Below are positions 11,402 to 19,527 of a stretch of DNA of 64,000 nucleotides, in pieces. The notes under the pieces were generated by a model that saw nothing but the letters and a program-made list of their open reading frames with translations, made no database searches and had not been told where the DNA came from. Within the stretch, counting starts at the first letter, position 1, and each line of letters begins with the position of its first letter. Origin of the DNA: Candidatus Latescibacterota bacterium (lineage in GTDB: Bacteria > Latescibacterota > UBA2968 > GCA-2709665); the NCBI GenBank assembly GCA_965205485.1, contig OZ242180.1, forward strand, positions 1,600,001 to 1,664,000, read 5' to 3'. Position numbers and translations under genes: made by a program.

Positions 11402-11693
11402 TGGATGTTGAACTCCGAACGCGATGGAAGATGAGGCCCCTGCAGCAGAAACGGGGTCGGAATCGGCTTCGTGTTCCACTGACCGGAGCGATTGCGTGGC
11501 AGTTGGGCGGCAACCCGGAATTCTGCGCTTCCCTCCGATATTAATGTAGGCATTCCATGGGTTAATGTCAAATGACGGCCCCGGAGGAACGGCGTTGGCG
11601 TTGAACTGGTTGGCAAATTCCATTTGGAAGTGACATTTGTGCGGGGTTTGTATATATTTATCGACCGACGCTACGCATTGCGGGGGACCAGCG

Positions 11694-12920
11694 ATGGACA
11701 TGATCACCATGGACGAGGCGATTGACCTCGTCCTGAGGCATACGTCGCCGATCGACAGAACAAACGTCGGCCTGATGGACGCTTTGGGGTGTACGCTCGC
11801 GGAAGACGTGCGATCGGACATCGACATGCCTCCGTTCGACAAAGCAACGATGGACGGCTTCGCGGTGGTCGGCGAGGACGTGGCGGACGCACAACAGCAA
11901 CGTCCCGCCGTCCTCGACGTGATCGAAGAGATTCCCGCCGGATTCGTTCCTCTAAAGAAGGTGGCACCCGGCCAGGCCGCCCGGATTATGACCGGCGCGC
12001 CGATGCCCGATGGCGCGGATACCGTCGTCATGGTGGAAGATACCGTTTCGGAACGGGACGGAGAGGGTGTGCGAGTGCTGGCGCCGACGGAGCCGGGACG
12101 CAACGTCGCGCCGCTCGGGGAGGACGTAAGGCGCAATCAGGTGGTACTTGAAGCCGGAACGTGGATCCGCCCTCCTGAGATCGGAATCCTGGCGGCGGTG
12201 GGCGTGGTCGACGTGCCGGTCTATCGCCGCCCCGTGGTGGGTGTGGTCGCCACCGGCAGCGAGATCGTGGAGCCCGGAAACAGCCCGGCGGAGGGGCAGA
12301 TCCGGAACAGCAACGGATATTCGATGATGGCGCAGGCGCTCCGGTCCGGCGCACAGACGCGGTATCTGGGCATTGTTGAAGACGACGAGGACGCCCTGAA
12401 GGCCGTGATTTCCCGCGGTCTGGACGAGTGCGACGTGGTCCTGCTTTCCGGGGGCGTATCGGCCGGGATTTACGACCTCGTGCAGGGCGCGATGCGGGAT
12501 TGCGGCGTGGAGATTTATTTCGATAGAATCCGGATGAAGCCGGGCAAGCCCCTCACCTTCGGCGCGCGCGGAAACAAGCTCGTCTTCGGGCTGCCGGGAA
12601 ATCCGGTCTCGGCGGTGGTGGGCCTGGAACTGCTGGTCCGCCCGGCCGTTCGAAAGATGCAGAGGATGTCGGGGATCCACCGGCCGATGGTACGGGGCAG
12701 GCTGGCGCAGGGGTTCCGGCAGTCGCCCGGGCGCAAGCAGTTCGTGCCGGCCCGGTCCGGGGAAGTCAACGGACGCTGGGAGAGCAACTGGGTGGGCCAC
12801 CACGGATCGGCGGACCTGTTTTCGCTATCGCGGGCGAACAGCCTCTTTGTGGTTGAGGCCGAAGTGGACACGCTCGACGCCGGCGCGGAAGTGGACATCG
12901 TGCTGCTGGAAGAATGGTAG
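11694..12920 (+). CDS. moeA: Molybdopterin molybdotransferase
   Basis: PPFDKATMDGFA, RIMTGAPMPDGAD, IRNSN, SGGVSAG, MKPGKP, GLPGNPVS. Confidence 0.95.
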   Translation: MDMITMDEAIDLVLRHTSPIDRTNVGLMDALGCTLAEDVRSDIDMPPFDKATMDGFAVVGEDVADAQQQRPAVLDVIEEIPAGFVPLKKVAPGQAARIMTGAPMPDGADTVVMVEDTVSERDGEGVRVLAPTEPGRNVAPLGEDVRRNQVVLEAGTWIRPPEIGILAAVGVVDVPVYRRPVVGVVATGSEIVEPGNSPAEGQIRNSNGYSMMAQALRSGAQTRYLGIVEDDEDALKAVISRGLDECDVVLLSGGVSAGIYDLVQGAMRDCGVEIYFDRIRMKPGKPLTFGARGNKLVFGLPGNPVSAVVGLELLVRPAVRKMQRMSGIHRPMVRGRLAQGFRQSPGRKQFVPARSGEVNGRWESNWVGHHGSADLFSLSRANSLFVVEAEVDTLDAGAEVDIVLLEEW

Positions 12921-12993
12921 CTCGAAACTGACTTTACTTAATTGGCGATCTGACCGAATTAACTGGGGTTAAAGGATCTTTCGGACAATTGGC

Positions 12994-13464
12994 ATGGCGA
13001 GTCTGACCCACATTGCCGACGATGGGACCGTAAGGATGGTGGACGTCACCGGGAAAGCCGTGACCGACCGTGTGGCGGTTGCGGGCGGTGAAATCGTCAT
13101 GGCGCCGGAGACCGCGCGGCTGGTTTCCGGTGGCGAACTGCCCAAGGGAAACGTGCTGGAAACCGCCAGGATAGCCGGGATCATGGCGGCCAAGCGGACG
13201 TGGGAACTGATTCCGCTCTGCCATCCGGTCGATCCCACGGGCATCGAACTCAGTTTTGTGGTGGGGCAGGATCGAATCGAGGCGGAAGCCAGCGTGCGCG
13301 TGACAGGCAAGACCGGCGTGGAGATGGAAGCGCTGACGGCCGTGAGCGCGGCGCTGCTGACCGTCTACGACATGTGCAAGGCCGTGGACAAGGACATGGC
13401 CATCCGGAACATCCGCCTCCTGAGAAAAACCGGCGGCCGCAGCGGGGATTACGTTCGGACGTAG
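12994..13464 (+). CDS. moaC: Cyclic pyranopterin monophosphate synthase
   Basis: MVDVTGK, LIPLCHP, TGVEMEALTAVS, YDMCKAVDK. Confidence 0.97.
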   Translation: MASLTHIADDGTVRMVDVTGKAVTDRVAVAGGEIVMAPETARLVSGGELPKGNVLETARIAGIMAAKRTWELIPLCHPVDPTGIELSFVVGQDRIEAEASVRVTGKTGVEMEALTAVSAALLTVYDMCKAVDKDMAIRNIRLLRKTGGRSGDYVRT

Positions 13465-13615
13465 GTTTTATTGAAACCAATCAACCGCCGAGTCGTCTTG
13501 TGTCGCCGCGTGGTCATTGGCTGTGCTGAGCCTGTCGAAGCAAGCTTGTCGAAATACCCGCGTTACGCTATCCTTTCAATGCCACTCGACAGCCCCTCGC
13601 CGACTCCTGTCCTTG

Positions 13616-13642
13616 TAGGGGCGTCCCTCGTGGGCGCCCGCC
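13616..13642 (+). repeat. GTAG-type REP palindrome
   Basis: GTAGGGGCGTCCCTCGTGGGCGCCC; related inverted copies at ~43314-43337 and ~57889-57913, related palindrome at ~26659-26686. Confidence 0.7.
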
Positions 13643-13668
13643 TCTGGCGACGGTCCGGACACGACAAT

Positions 13669-13744
13669 GCGCCCATAGCTCAATAGGCAGAGCAGCTGAC
13701 TCTTAATCAGAAGGTTCGGGGTTCGATTCCCTGTGGGCGCACCA
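13669..13744 (+). tRNA. tRNA-Lys (anticodon CTT)
   Basis: GCGCCCA/TGGGCGC acceptor stem, D arm, CTGA-CTCTTAA-TCAG anticodon arm, GGTTCGATTCC T arm, encoded CCA; 76 nt. Confidence 0.96.
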
Positions 13745-13780
13745 ATATTCGGCCGTCTCCTGCGACGGCCCGACGATGAA

Positions 13781-13819
13781 GACAAGACCCCGTCGGGAAA
13801 ATTCCGCCGGGGTCTTGTC
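13781..13819 (+). terminator. Hairpin downstream of tRNA-Lys
   Basis: GACAAGACCCCG...CGGGGTCTTGTC 12-bp perfect stem; weak U-tract. Confidence 0.5.
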
Positions 13820-13945
13820 GAATCCGACGACTTACCGCATGTGCAGGTTTCAAACGCGCTACCGCACTCAAGGGTTTTGCAAGTAATCACAACTGTCCAC
13901 CATCGTCTTTTCCAACCGCTTTCACGACATGATCCACCCGTAACC

Positions 13946-14123
13946 GGAGCGAGGGCATCCTGCCCTCGAACTTCGCGTCGAGCGACTGACGCGTACATTA
14001 AATCCGACACCGGTTCTCGGAAAACACCGTGTGCGACGAGTTATCCGACGTCGAGGGCAGGATGCCCTCGCTCCAGGGAACGCCAACCACACCGGTCCCA
14101 GATCGGCTCTTGTCCTGGACAGC
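13946..14123 (+). repeat. REP doublet (REPIN-like) element, copy 1
   Basis: GGAGCGAGGGCATCCTGCCCTCG (13946-13968) and its exact reverse complement (14052-14074), followed by a tail shared with copy 2. Confidence 0.85.
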
Positions 14124-14255
14124 CGTGGCCAATCGAGGGGACGTGCATTGGCACTTTGGAACGACTATCAAGTAAATCAGGTACTTACGCATCCAAGATC
14201 GTCTTTTCCAAACTATCTCGAACAGCAGTGATCAGTAATAGGTTAAGGTACCGCA

Positions 14256-14519
14256 ATGCAATTTCGCTATCCCGCCCGGCTTCAACCTGATCTCTCCGGC
14301 GAGATCACCGTCTCATTTCGGGACTTTCCGGAAAGTCTCACCTCCGGCGCCGACGAGTCCGCAGCCCTGATGGAAGCCCGCGACGCGCTCGAAGAAGCCG
14401 TCGCGGGACGCATTGACGATGGCGAGCCCATCCCGGCGCCCAGTCGCCGGCGCGCCGGCGAGCATTACGTTGCAGTTCCACCCGATATGGCTGCGAAAGC
14501 GGCGTTCGCTCGGTCGTAA
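14256..14519 (+). CDS. HicB-like antitoxin, C-terminally short, no adjacent hicA
   Basis: YPARL...ITVSFRDFPESLTSG...EARDALEEAV...GEPIPAPS resembles the HicB N-domain. Confidence 0.75.
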   Translation: MQFRYPARLQPDLSGEITVSFRDFPESLTSGADESAALMEARDALEEAVAGRIDDGEPIPAPSRRRAGEHYVAVPPDMAAKAAFARS

Positions 14520-14658
14520 ACTGATCGTGGAGATCCCCGCGGCGTAACGGGTGTGAGAGCGTAGCGGGCTTGGAGACCCTCATCGGCTACGCAATCTACC
14601 CGGAACTGGTATGCATATTGGAAGCCAATCAAATACCGCAACATCCCGACACACTAAC

Positions 14659-14692
14659 TTGACATAGCATATATTCCGTGTTATTATGCTAT
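14659..14692 (+). promoter_or_regulatory. sigma70 promoter and palindromic operator of higBA
   Basis: TTGACA(14659)-17 nt-TATTAT(14682) with extended TG; ATAGCAT...ATGCTAT dyad overlaps it. Confidence 0.7.
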
Positions 14693-14693
14693 C

Positions 14694-14987
14694 ATGATTC
14701 AATCGTTTCGGCGTATGGGCACTGAGGACATCTTCAATGGGAGGGACACACGCGCGGCGCGTAGTACCTGTCCATTGCCATTGTGGAACGTAGCTGCACG
14801 CAAGCTTGAACAATTGGACTCTGCGGACGAACTCCGTGACCTCAGGAGTCCACCCGGTAACCATCTCGAGGTCTTGAAACGCGAGAGATCCGGGCAACAG
14901 AGTATCCGGATAAATGACCAATATCGAATTTGCTTTGTGTGGACGGATGCTGGTCCCGATAATGTGGAAATCGTCGACTATCACTAA
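14694..14987 (+). CDS. higB: HigB (RelE/ParE family) toxin
   Basis: MIQSF...ARKLEQLD...DLRSPPGNHLE.L...GQQSIRINDQYRICFVW...VEIVDYH. Confidence 0.92.
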   Translation: MIQSFRRMGTEDIFNGRDTRAARSTCPLPLWNVAARKLEQLDSADELRDLRSPPGNHLEVLKRERSGQQSIRINDQYRICFVWTDAGPDNVEIVDYH

Positions 14988-15009
14988 CAAATAATCGGAG
15001 GTGTGGACT

Positions 15010-15321
15010 ATGGTACGTATTCCAACCCATCGTGTCCCGACTCATCCGGGTGAGATGTTACTGGAGGAATTCCTGAATCCAATGCGTTTGACACAGCGCG
15101 AATTGGCTACCGCCATTCATGTTCCCTATCAACGGGTCAACGAACTGGTGAATGGCAGACGTGGTATCACTCCCGGCACAGCCTTGCGCTTGGGTAAATA
15201 TTTCAACGTGTCAGCAACATTTTGGCTGAATCTCCAGCTACGTTGGGATCTGTATCACGCGACACGGTCCGAAGCAGAGAAACTGAAGGCTATTGCACCA
15301 CGTGGTTTGGACCTTGTGTAG
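15010..15321 (+). CDS. higA: HigA antitoxin (XRE HTH)
   Basis: PTHPGEMLLEEFL.P...TQRELA...RVNELVNGRRGIT...ALRL...FWLNLQ. Confidence 0.93.
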   Translation: MVRIPTHRVPTHPGEMLLEEFLNPMRLTQRELATAIHVPYQRVNELVNGRRGITPGTALRLGKYFNVSATFWLNLQLRWDLYHATRSEAEKLKAIAPRGLDLV

Positions 15322-15339
15322 GTGCGTCCAAATGACAAC

Positions 15340-15373
15340 AAATGTCGGCTAATAATTATAACTGCCGACATTT
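15340..15373. promoter_or_regulatory. Inverted repeat upstream of the AbiEi-like gene (putative auto-operator)
   Basis: AAATGTCGGC-N14-GCCGACATTT with AT-rich centre. Confidence 0.6.
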
Positions 15374-15392
15374 TGTTTCGATTTACGGATGA

Positions 15393-15995
15393 TTGAACCA
15401 CATGGAAATTGCTCAACTACAAAAAGCCGGCCTGGGTGCCTATTTTCGACCGAGAGATCTCGCACAGTTTGGGATATCACATCGGAAACTCACGGGTCTT
15501 GTCGCTGAAGGTCTCGTCGAGAGTCTCGGAAACGGCCTTTACCGAATCTCCGAGGTTGAACCGACAGAGGCAGAAACGATCGCAATGGTGGCCGCCGCCA
15601 TACCGAACGCCATTGTGTGCCTGCTGACGGCGCTTCGCTTCCATGAAATCGGTACACAGTCGCCTCATGAGATCTGGATCGCTCTGGATCGAAAAGCCCG
15701 AAAACCCACCCGTGCGCCCGCCCGGGTACGTGTAGTCCGTTTTTCCGGCGCGATGCTAACCTATGGCGTAATCCGCCAGTCGGCGCTTGGGGTGCCGTAC
15801 CGTATCACTTCGCCGGCTCGAACCGTCGTGGATTGTTTCCGCTATCGCAACAAGATTGGACTCGATATAGCGCTTGAGGCGCTTGGGGATGCGCTGCGAA
15901 CGCGTGCTGTCACAGTGGACGAGGTTGTACGAGCTTCTGAAGTCTGCCGCGCGCAAACGGTTATGCGGAGCTACCTGGAGGCGCTTCTGGTATGA
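15393..15995 (+). CDS. Type IV TA AbiEi-family antitoxin / transcriptional regulator (no AbiEii partner)
   Basis: wHTH with GLYR, CLLTALRFHEIGTQSPHEIWIA, SPARTVVDCFRYRNKIGLD. Confidence 0.8.
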   Translation: MNHMEIAQLQKAGLGAYFRPRDLAQFGISHRKLTGLVAEGLVESLGNGLYRISEVEPTEAETIAMVAAAIPNAIVCLLTALRFHEIGTQSPHEIWIALDRKARKPTRAPARVRVVRFSGAMLTYGVIRQSALGVPYRITSPARTVVDCFRYRNKIGLDIALEALGDALRTRAVTVDEVVRASEVCRAQTVMRSYLEALLV

Positions 15996-16058
15996 CACGC
16001 CAAAAGCGACGCAATGTCGGCAGGTCCCGCTGAACGCTGCCGAACCCATGACTACACG

Positions 16059-16262
16059 ATGCGTTTGACAGGACAAGGAGGAATGCCCGTGGCTGATATC
16101 CGGAGAATCCGGCATCACAAACAGCAGTCGATCGACGAACGGCTGGATGATCTTCGACGGCGTGGTATCCTGGCGCCATCTGAAGCGCCACGTCAGGCCC
16201 TCAAGCCGGTGGCGCGACGGCCGGGCGCGCTGGCACGGTTCCTTGCACAGCGGGGCGAATGA
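16059..16262 (+). pseudogene. Probable Phd/YefM-type antitoxin remnant
   Basis: ...GMPVADIR...IDERLDDLRRRGILAP...LKPVARRPGALARFLAQRGE; N-terminus looks degraded and no toxin follows. Confidence 0.45.
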
Positions 16263-16541
16263 GGGTTGCAGTTTTGACAATATCCTTCCAGCCACGCCGT
16301 CCGACCTGAACTGGCTTGCTTATATGATGCCGGTTCTTTTCTTGCTCGCGCTTCTTTATTACATTATTAGTGTATTTGGCCCATATCGATAGTAAGCGAC
16401 TTTCTTATTTTCGCCTTCGCAAATAACGCGCGGTTATGGCGAGAGGTATCGAAAAGAGGGCAGTGCGATGAACGTAAGGCGTAAAGCTGCATGCGACCGC
16501 AGGCAATCTGCACTCTATCACGGCACGATTGATGAATATCA

Positions 16542-16773
16542 GGAGCGAGGGCAACCTGCCCTCGAACTTCGAGCGACCCATCAATGCCCGAACCAATGCC
16601 TTAATGTCTCCTTTGGATCCGATTTCATATTGAAAATGACGGCGACGGAGCCTCGCGGATTAGCCGTCGAGGGCAGGATGCCCTCGCTCCAGGGAACGCC
16701 AACCCGACCGGTCCATCTCGCTCCAGGGAACGCCAACCCGACCGGTCCCACGTCGGTTTCAGTCTTGGACAGC
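16542..16773 (+). repeat. REP doublet element, copy 2, with internal 34-bp-period tandem duplication
   Basis: GGAGCGAGGGCAACCTGCCCTCG (16542-16564), inverted copy 16668-16690; CTCGCTCCAGGGAACGCCAACCCGACCGGTCC at 16683 and 16717. Confidence 0.85.
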
Positions 16774-16811
16774 AGTGATTTCATACTCAACCTGAATTTG
16801 CAAGGGCAGCG

Positions 16812-18176
16812 ATGGCAAATTTAAAGCGAATCGAATCGTGTTCCCTCGACCGTATCAGGATGATGAAAGACGTGGTCGCGAGGGAGATCGAGAGCATCAA
16901 CGAGCAATTGGCCGTGGAAGAAGAGAAAATCAGTCGCCTGGCCGAAAGTGCGGACACGGTTGCCCTGAAGAAGAAACACGGTCGTTACGAACTGGACCTG
17001 GACGCGGCCGATTCACGAATCTCGACCTTGAACGAGGAAAAACAGACACTGGAGGACAAAGCCAGGGTCATCGACCAGGCTTTCCAGAAGAAACACCTGA
17101 TGGACAGGCAGGCCGACAAGCTGGGCGGCGTCCGGAACGTCCACGTGAAGGACATCGTCATCTTCTTTCTCATTCTGTTTCTGATCTCGATCCTTGTCGT
17201 GGACCTGCTCGGTATCGGAGCGAACGGCGGCGGCGCGGCTGCAACGGCGGAAGTCAAAGAGGGGAAGATCAGCAATATCGTCATACTGAAACAGGGCGCC
17301 GGGTACGAGCGCGTGAACATTCACATCGTGGACAACGCCGGATCCGGCGCGCTCGTTTCCGGGCACGTCACCGGAGGAAAACTGACTGGTGTAGACATTG
17401 TCGACAGCGGGCAGAAATACAAGAACCCCGTTGTGGAAGTACACCCGCATTTCTCGGTGGGTACGCTCTGGATCTTCTGGATCATCGACGTGGTATGCTG
17501 CGCTATTTTCATGGCCAACTTTATCTTCGAACACAGGCTTGCCGCTTCCAAAAGATGGTACTGGAAGAACAACTGGATCGACTTCATCACGTCCATTCCG
17601 CTTCCTCCGGTGCAGGTTATCGCTGCCTCCGGCGACCTCGGCGTCGTGCGTCTGGGGCGTCTGCTGCGGGCCGTGCGGATCTTGCGGGCGCTGCGGCTGA
17701 TGCGCATCGGCCTGTTCTTCTGGCGAGGCATGGACCACCTCAGCACCACGCTGGACGTCCGACTGCTTAAAAGGTCCCTGCTTTACGGCCTCCTGTCCCT
17801 CGTGTTCGGCGCCGTGGTTTTCATGTTTCTGGAGCACATGGAGTCGGGCACGGGATTCTGGCAGAGCCTCTGGTGGAGCTTTACAACGCTCGTCACGGGC
17901 GGGTACGCCGACATCCACAACCCCGAAACCGCTTCCGGCAGAATCCTCACCGTTTTTCTGGTGATTACAGGAATGGTTCTGGTGGGCGTCTTCACGGCGA
18001 CGCTGACGAGCATTCTGGTCAAGGAAGAGGAATCCATACAGGCCGAGGAGCTCGACGAGCAGACTGCGATCGTCTCGAAGATCCGGAAAGACGTTGAGGC
18101 GACGAATCAGCGGCTGGACCGGCTGGAAGGAAGCGTACGGGAGATCCGGGACGCTGTCGCGGGACGGGAGGAATAG
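16812..18176 (+). CDS. 6TM voltage-gated-type cation channel with atypical filter and inserted beta-repeat domain
   Basis: S4-like RLGRLLRAVRILRALRLMR; pore SLWWSFTTLVTGGYADIHNP; coiled-coil-like N and C termini. Confidence 0.85.
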   Translation: MANLKRIESCSLDRIRMMKDVVAREIESINEQLAVEEEKISRLAESADTVALKKKHGRYELDLDAADSRISTLNEEKQTLEDKARVIDQAFQKKHLMDRQADKLGGVRNVHVKDIVIFFLILFLISILVVDLLGIGANGGGAAATAEVKEGKISNIVILKQGAGYERVNIHIVDNAGSGALVSGHVTGGKLTGVDIVDSGQKYKNPVVEVHPHFSVGTLWIFWIIDVVCCAIFMANFIFEHRLAASKRWYWKNNWIDFITSIPLPPVQVIAASGDLGVVRLGRLLRAVRILRALRLMRIGLFFWRGMDHLSTTLDVRLLKRSLLYGLLSLVFGAVVFMFLEHMESGTGFWQSLWWSFTTLVTGGYADIHNPETASGRILTVFLVITGMVLVGVFTATLTSILVKEEESIQAEELDEQTAIVSKIRKDVEATNQRLDRLEGSVREIRDAVAGREE

Positions 18177-18179
18177 CCG

Positions 18180-19457
18180 ATCCCCGAACCCAGGAAGCAC
18201 GATCCCTACGCGGCACTCCGAATCGCGAACTACCGGCGATACATCCTGGGCTGGTTCTTCGCCATCGTGGGAAACCAGATTCAGAGCATCGCGATCGGAT
18301 GGGAGATCTACCAGCGGACCGGCCAGGCGCTCTCCCTTGGGCTGGTCGGTCTCGCGCAAGCCCTGCCGACGATCGTCCTCGCCCTGCCTGCAGGCTTCCT
18401 GGCGGACAGATTCGACCGTCGCAGGGTTGTTGTCCTCAGCATGCTGGGCACGACCCTGACGTCGCTCGGACTCCTTGCGCTCTCGCTCGGCGAGGGGCCG
18501 ATCCTCCTGATGTATGCTCTCCTGGCGCTGGATGCCACCGCCACGTGCCTGGGCCGCCCGGCCAGAACCGCCCTGGTGCCCCTGCTCGTCCCGCGGGACA
18601 TCTTCCCCATCGCCGTAACCTGGAACACCAGCCTGATGCAGATGGCGTGGGTGATCGGCCCGGCCCTGGGCGGCTTCGTCGTCATGTACAGTGTTCCCGC
18701 CGCCTATGGGCTCAGTGCGGCGAGCACCCTGGTTTTCGTGGTTCTTCTCACGCGGGTGGACTTCCGTTCGGAGCCCGAAAAGGCGGAGCCCGCTTCGCTC
18801 ACCACCCTGCTGGCGGGCATTCGCTACGTCTGGCGCACCCGCCTCATCCTCTCCCTGATGGCCCTGGACATGTTCGCCGTACTGCTGGGCGGCGCCGTCT
18901 ACCTGCTTCCCATTTATGCGGAGGACATCCTCCAGGTGGGACCACAGGGCTTCGGATGGCTTCGCGCCGCTCCGGGCGTGGGCGCTTTCTGCATGGCGAT
19001 CCTCCTGGTTTACCTGCCGCCGATGCGGCGCGCCGGACGAAACCTCCTGCTTGCGGTGGCCGGATTCGGCGCGGCCACCATCGTCTTCGGATTCTCTCAA
19101 TCCTTCTGGCTCTCCCTGGCCATGCTGTTCCTCACCGGCGCCTTCGACAACGTCAGCATGGTCGTCCGGCACACGCTCGTTCAGCTGCTGACGACCAACC
19201 GGATGCGCGGCCGCGTGCTGGCCGTCAACTACGTCTTCATCGGCGCTTCCAATGAACTGGGCGGTTTGGAATCCGGCCTTGTCGCCCACTGGTTCGGACC
19301 GGTCGTTTCGGTGGTCAGCGGCGGAATCGGCACCCTCCTCGTGGTCATCGGCACTGCAACCGGCGTTCCCGGCCTGCGTCAATTCGGCGCGCTCCACGAA
19401 GCACGGCCGGAGGAGGACGAAGCAGCGAAAGTACGCAACCGGAATGCGGAAACCTGA
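18180..19457 (+). CDS. MFS transporter (EntS/MFS_3-like); start uncertain (ATC 18180 or GTG 18267)
   Basis: Many hydrophobic segments, motif A GFLADRFDRRR, MRGRV; family-like N-terminus DPYAALR lies upstream of 18267. Confidence 0.88.
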   Translation: MPEPRKHDPYAALRIANYRRYILGWFFAIVGNQIQSIAIGWEIYQRTGQALSLGLVGLAQALPTIVLALPAGFLADRFDRRRVVVLSMLGTTLTSLGLLALSLGEGPILLMYALLALDATATCLGRPARTALVPLLVPRDIFPIAVTWNTSLMQMAWVIGPALGGFVVMYSVPAAYGLSAASTLVFVVLLTRVDFRSEPEKAEPASLTTLLAGIRYVWRTRLILSLMALDMFAVLLGGAVYLLPIYAEDILQVGPQGFGWLRAAPGVGAFCMAILLVYLPPMRRAGRNLLLAVAGFGAATIVFGFSQSFWLSLAMLFLTGAFDNVSMVVRHTLVQLLTTNRMRGRVLAVNYVFIGASNELGGLESGLVAHWFGPVVSVVSGGIGTLLVVIGTATGVPGLRQFGALHEARPEEDEAAKVRNRNAET

Positions 19458-19527
19458 ACCGTGCACTCGCGTCGCACTGTCTGTATCCGTAACGTCACGC
19501 CGTATATGCAACCGTAGATGGATCACT

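Noticed and set aside
13745..16800. Integron array or integrase-driven tRNA island
   Set aside because: No integrase, no convincing attC sites, no duplicated tRNA 3' end seen.
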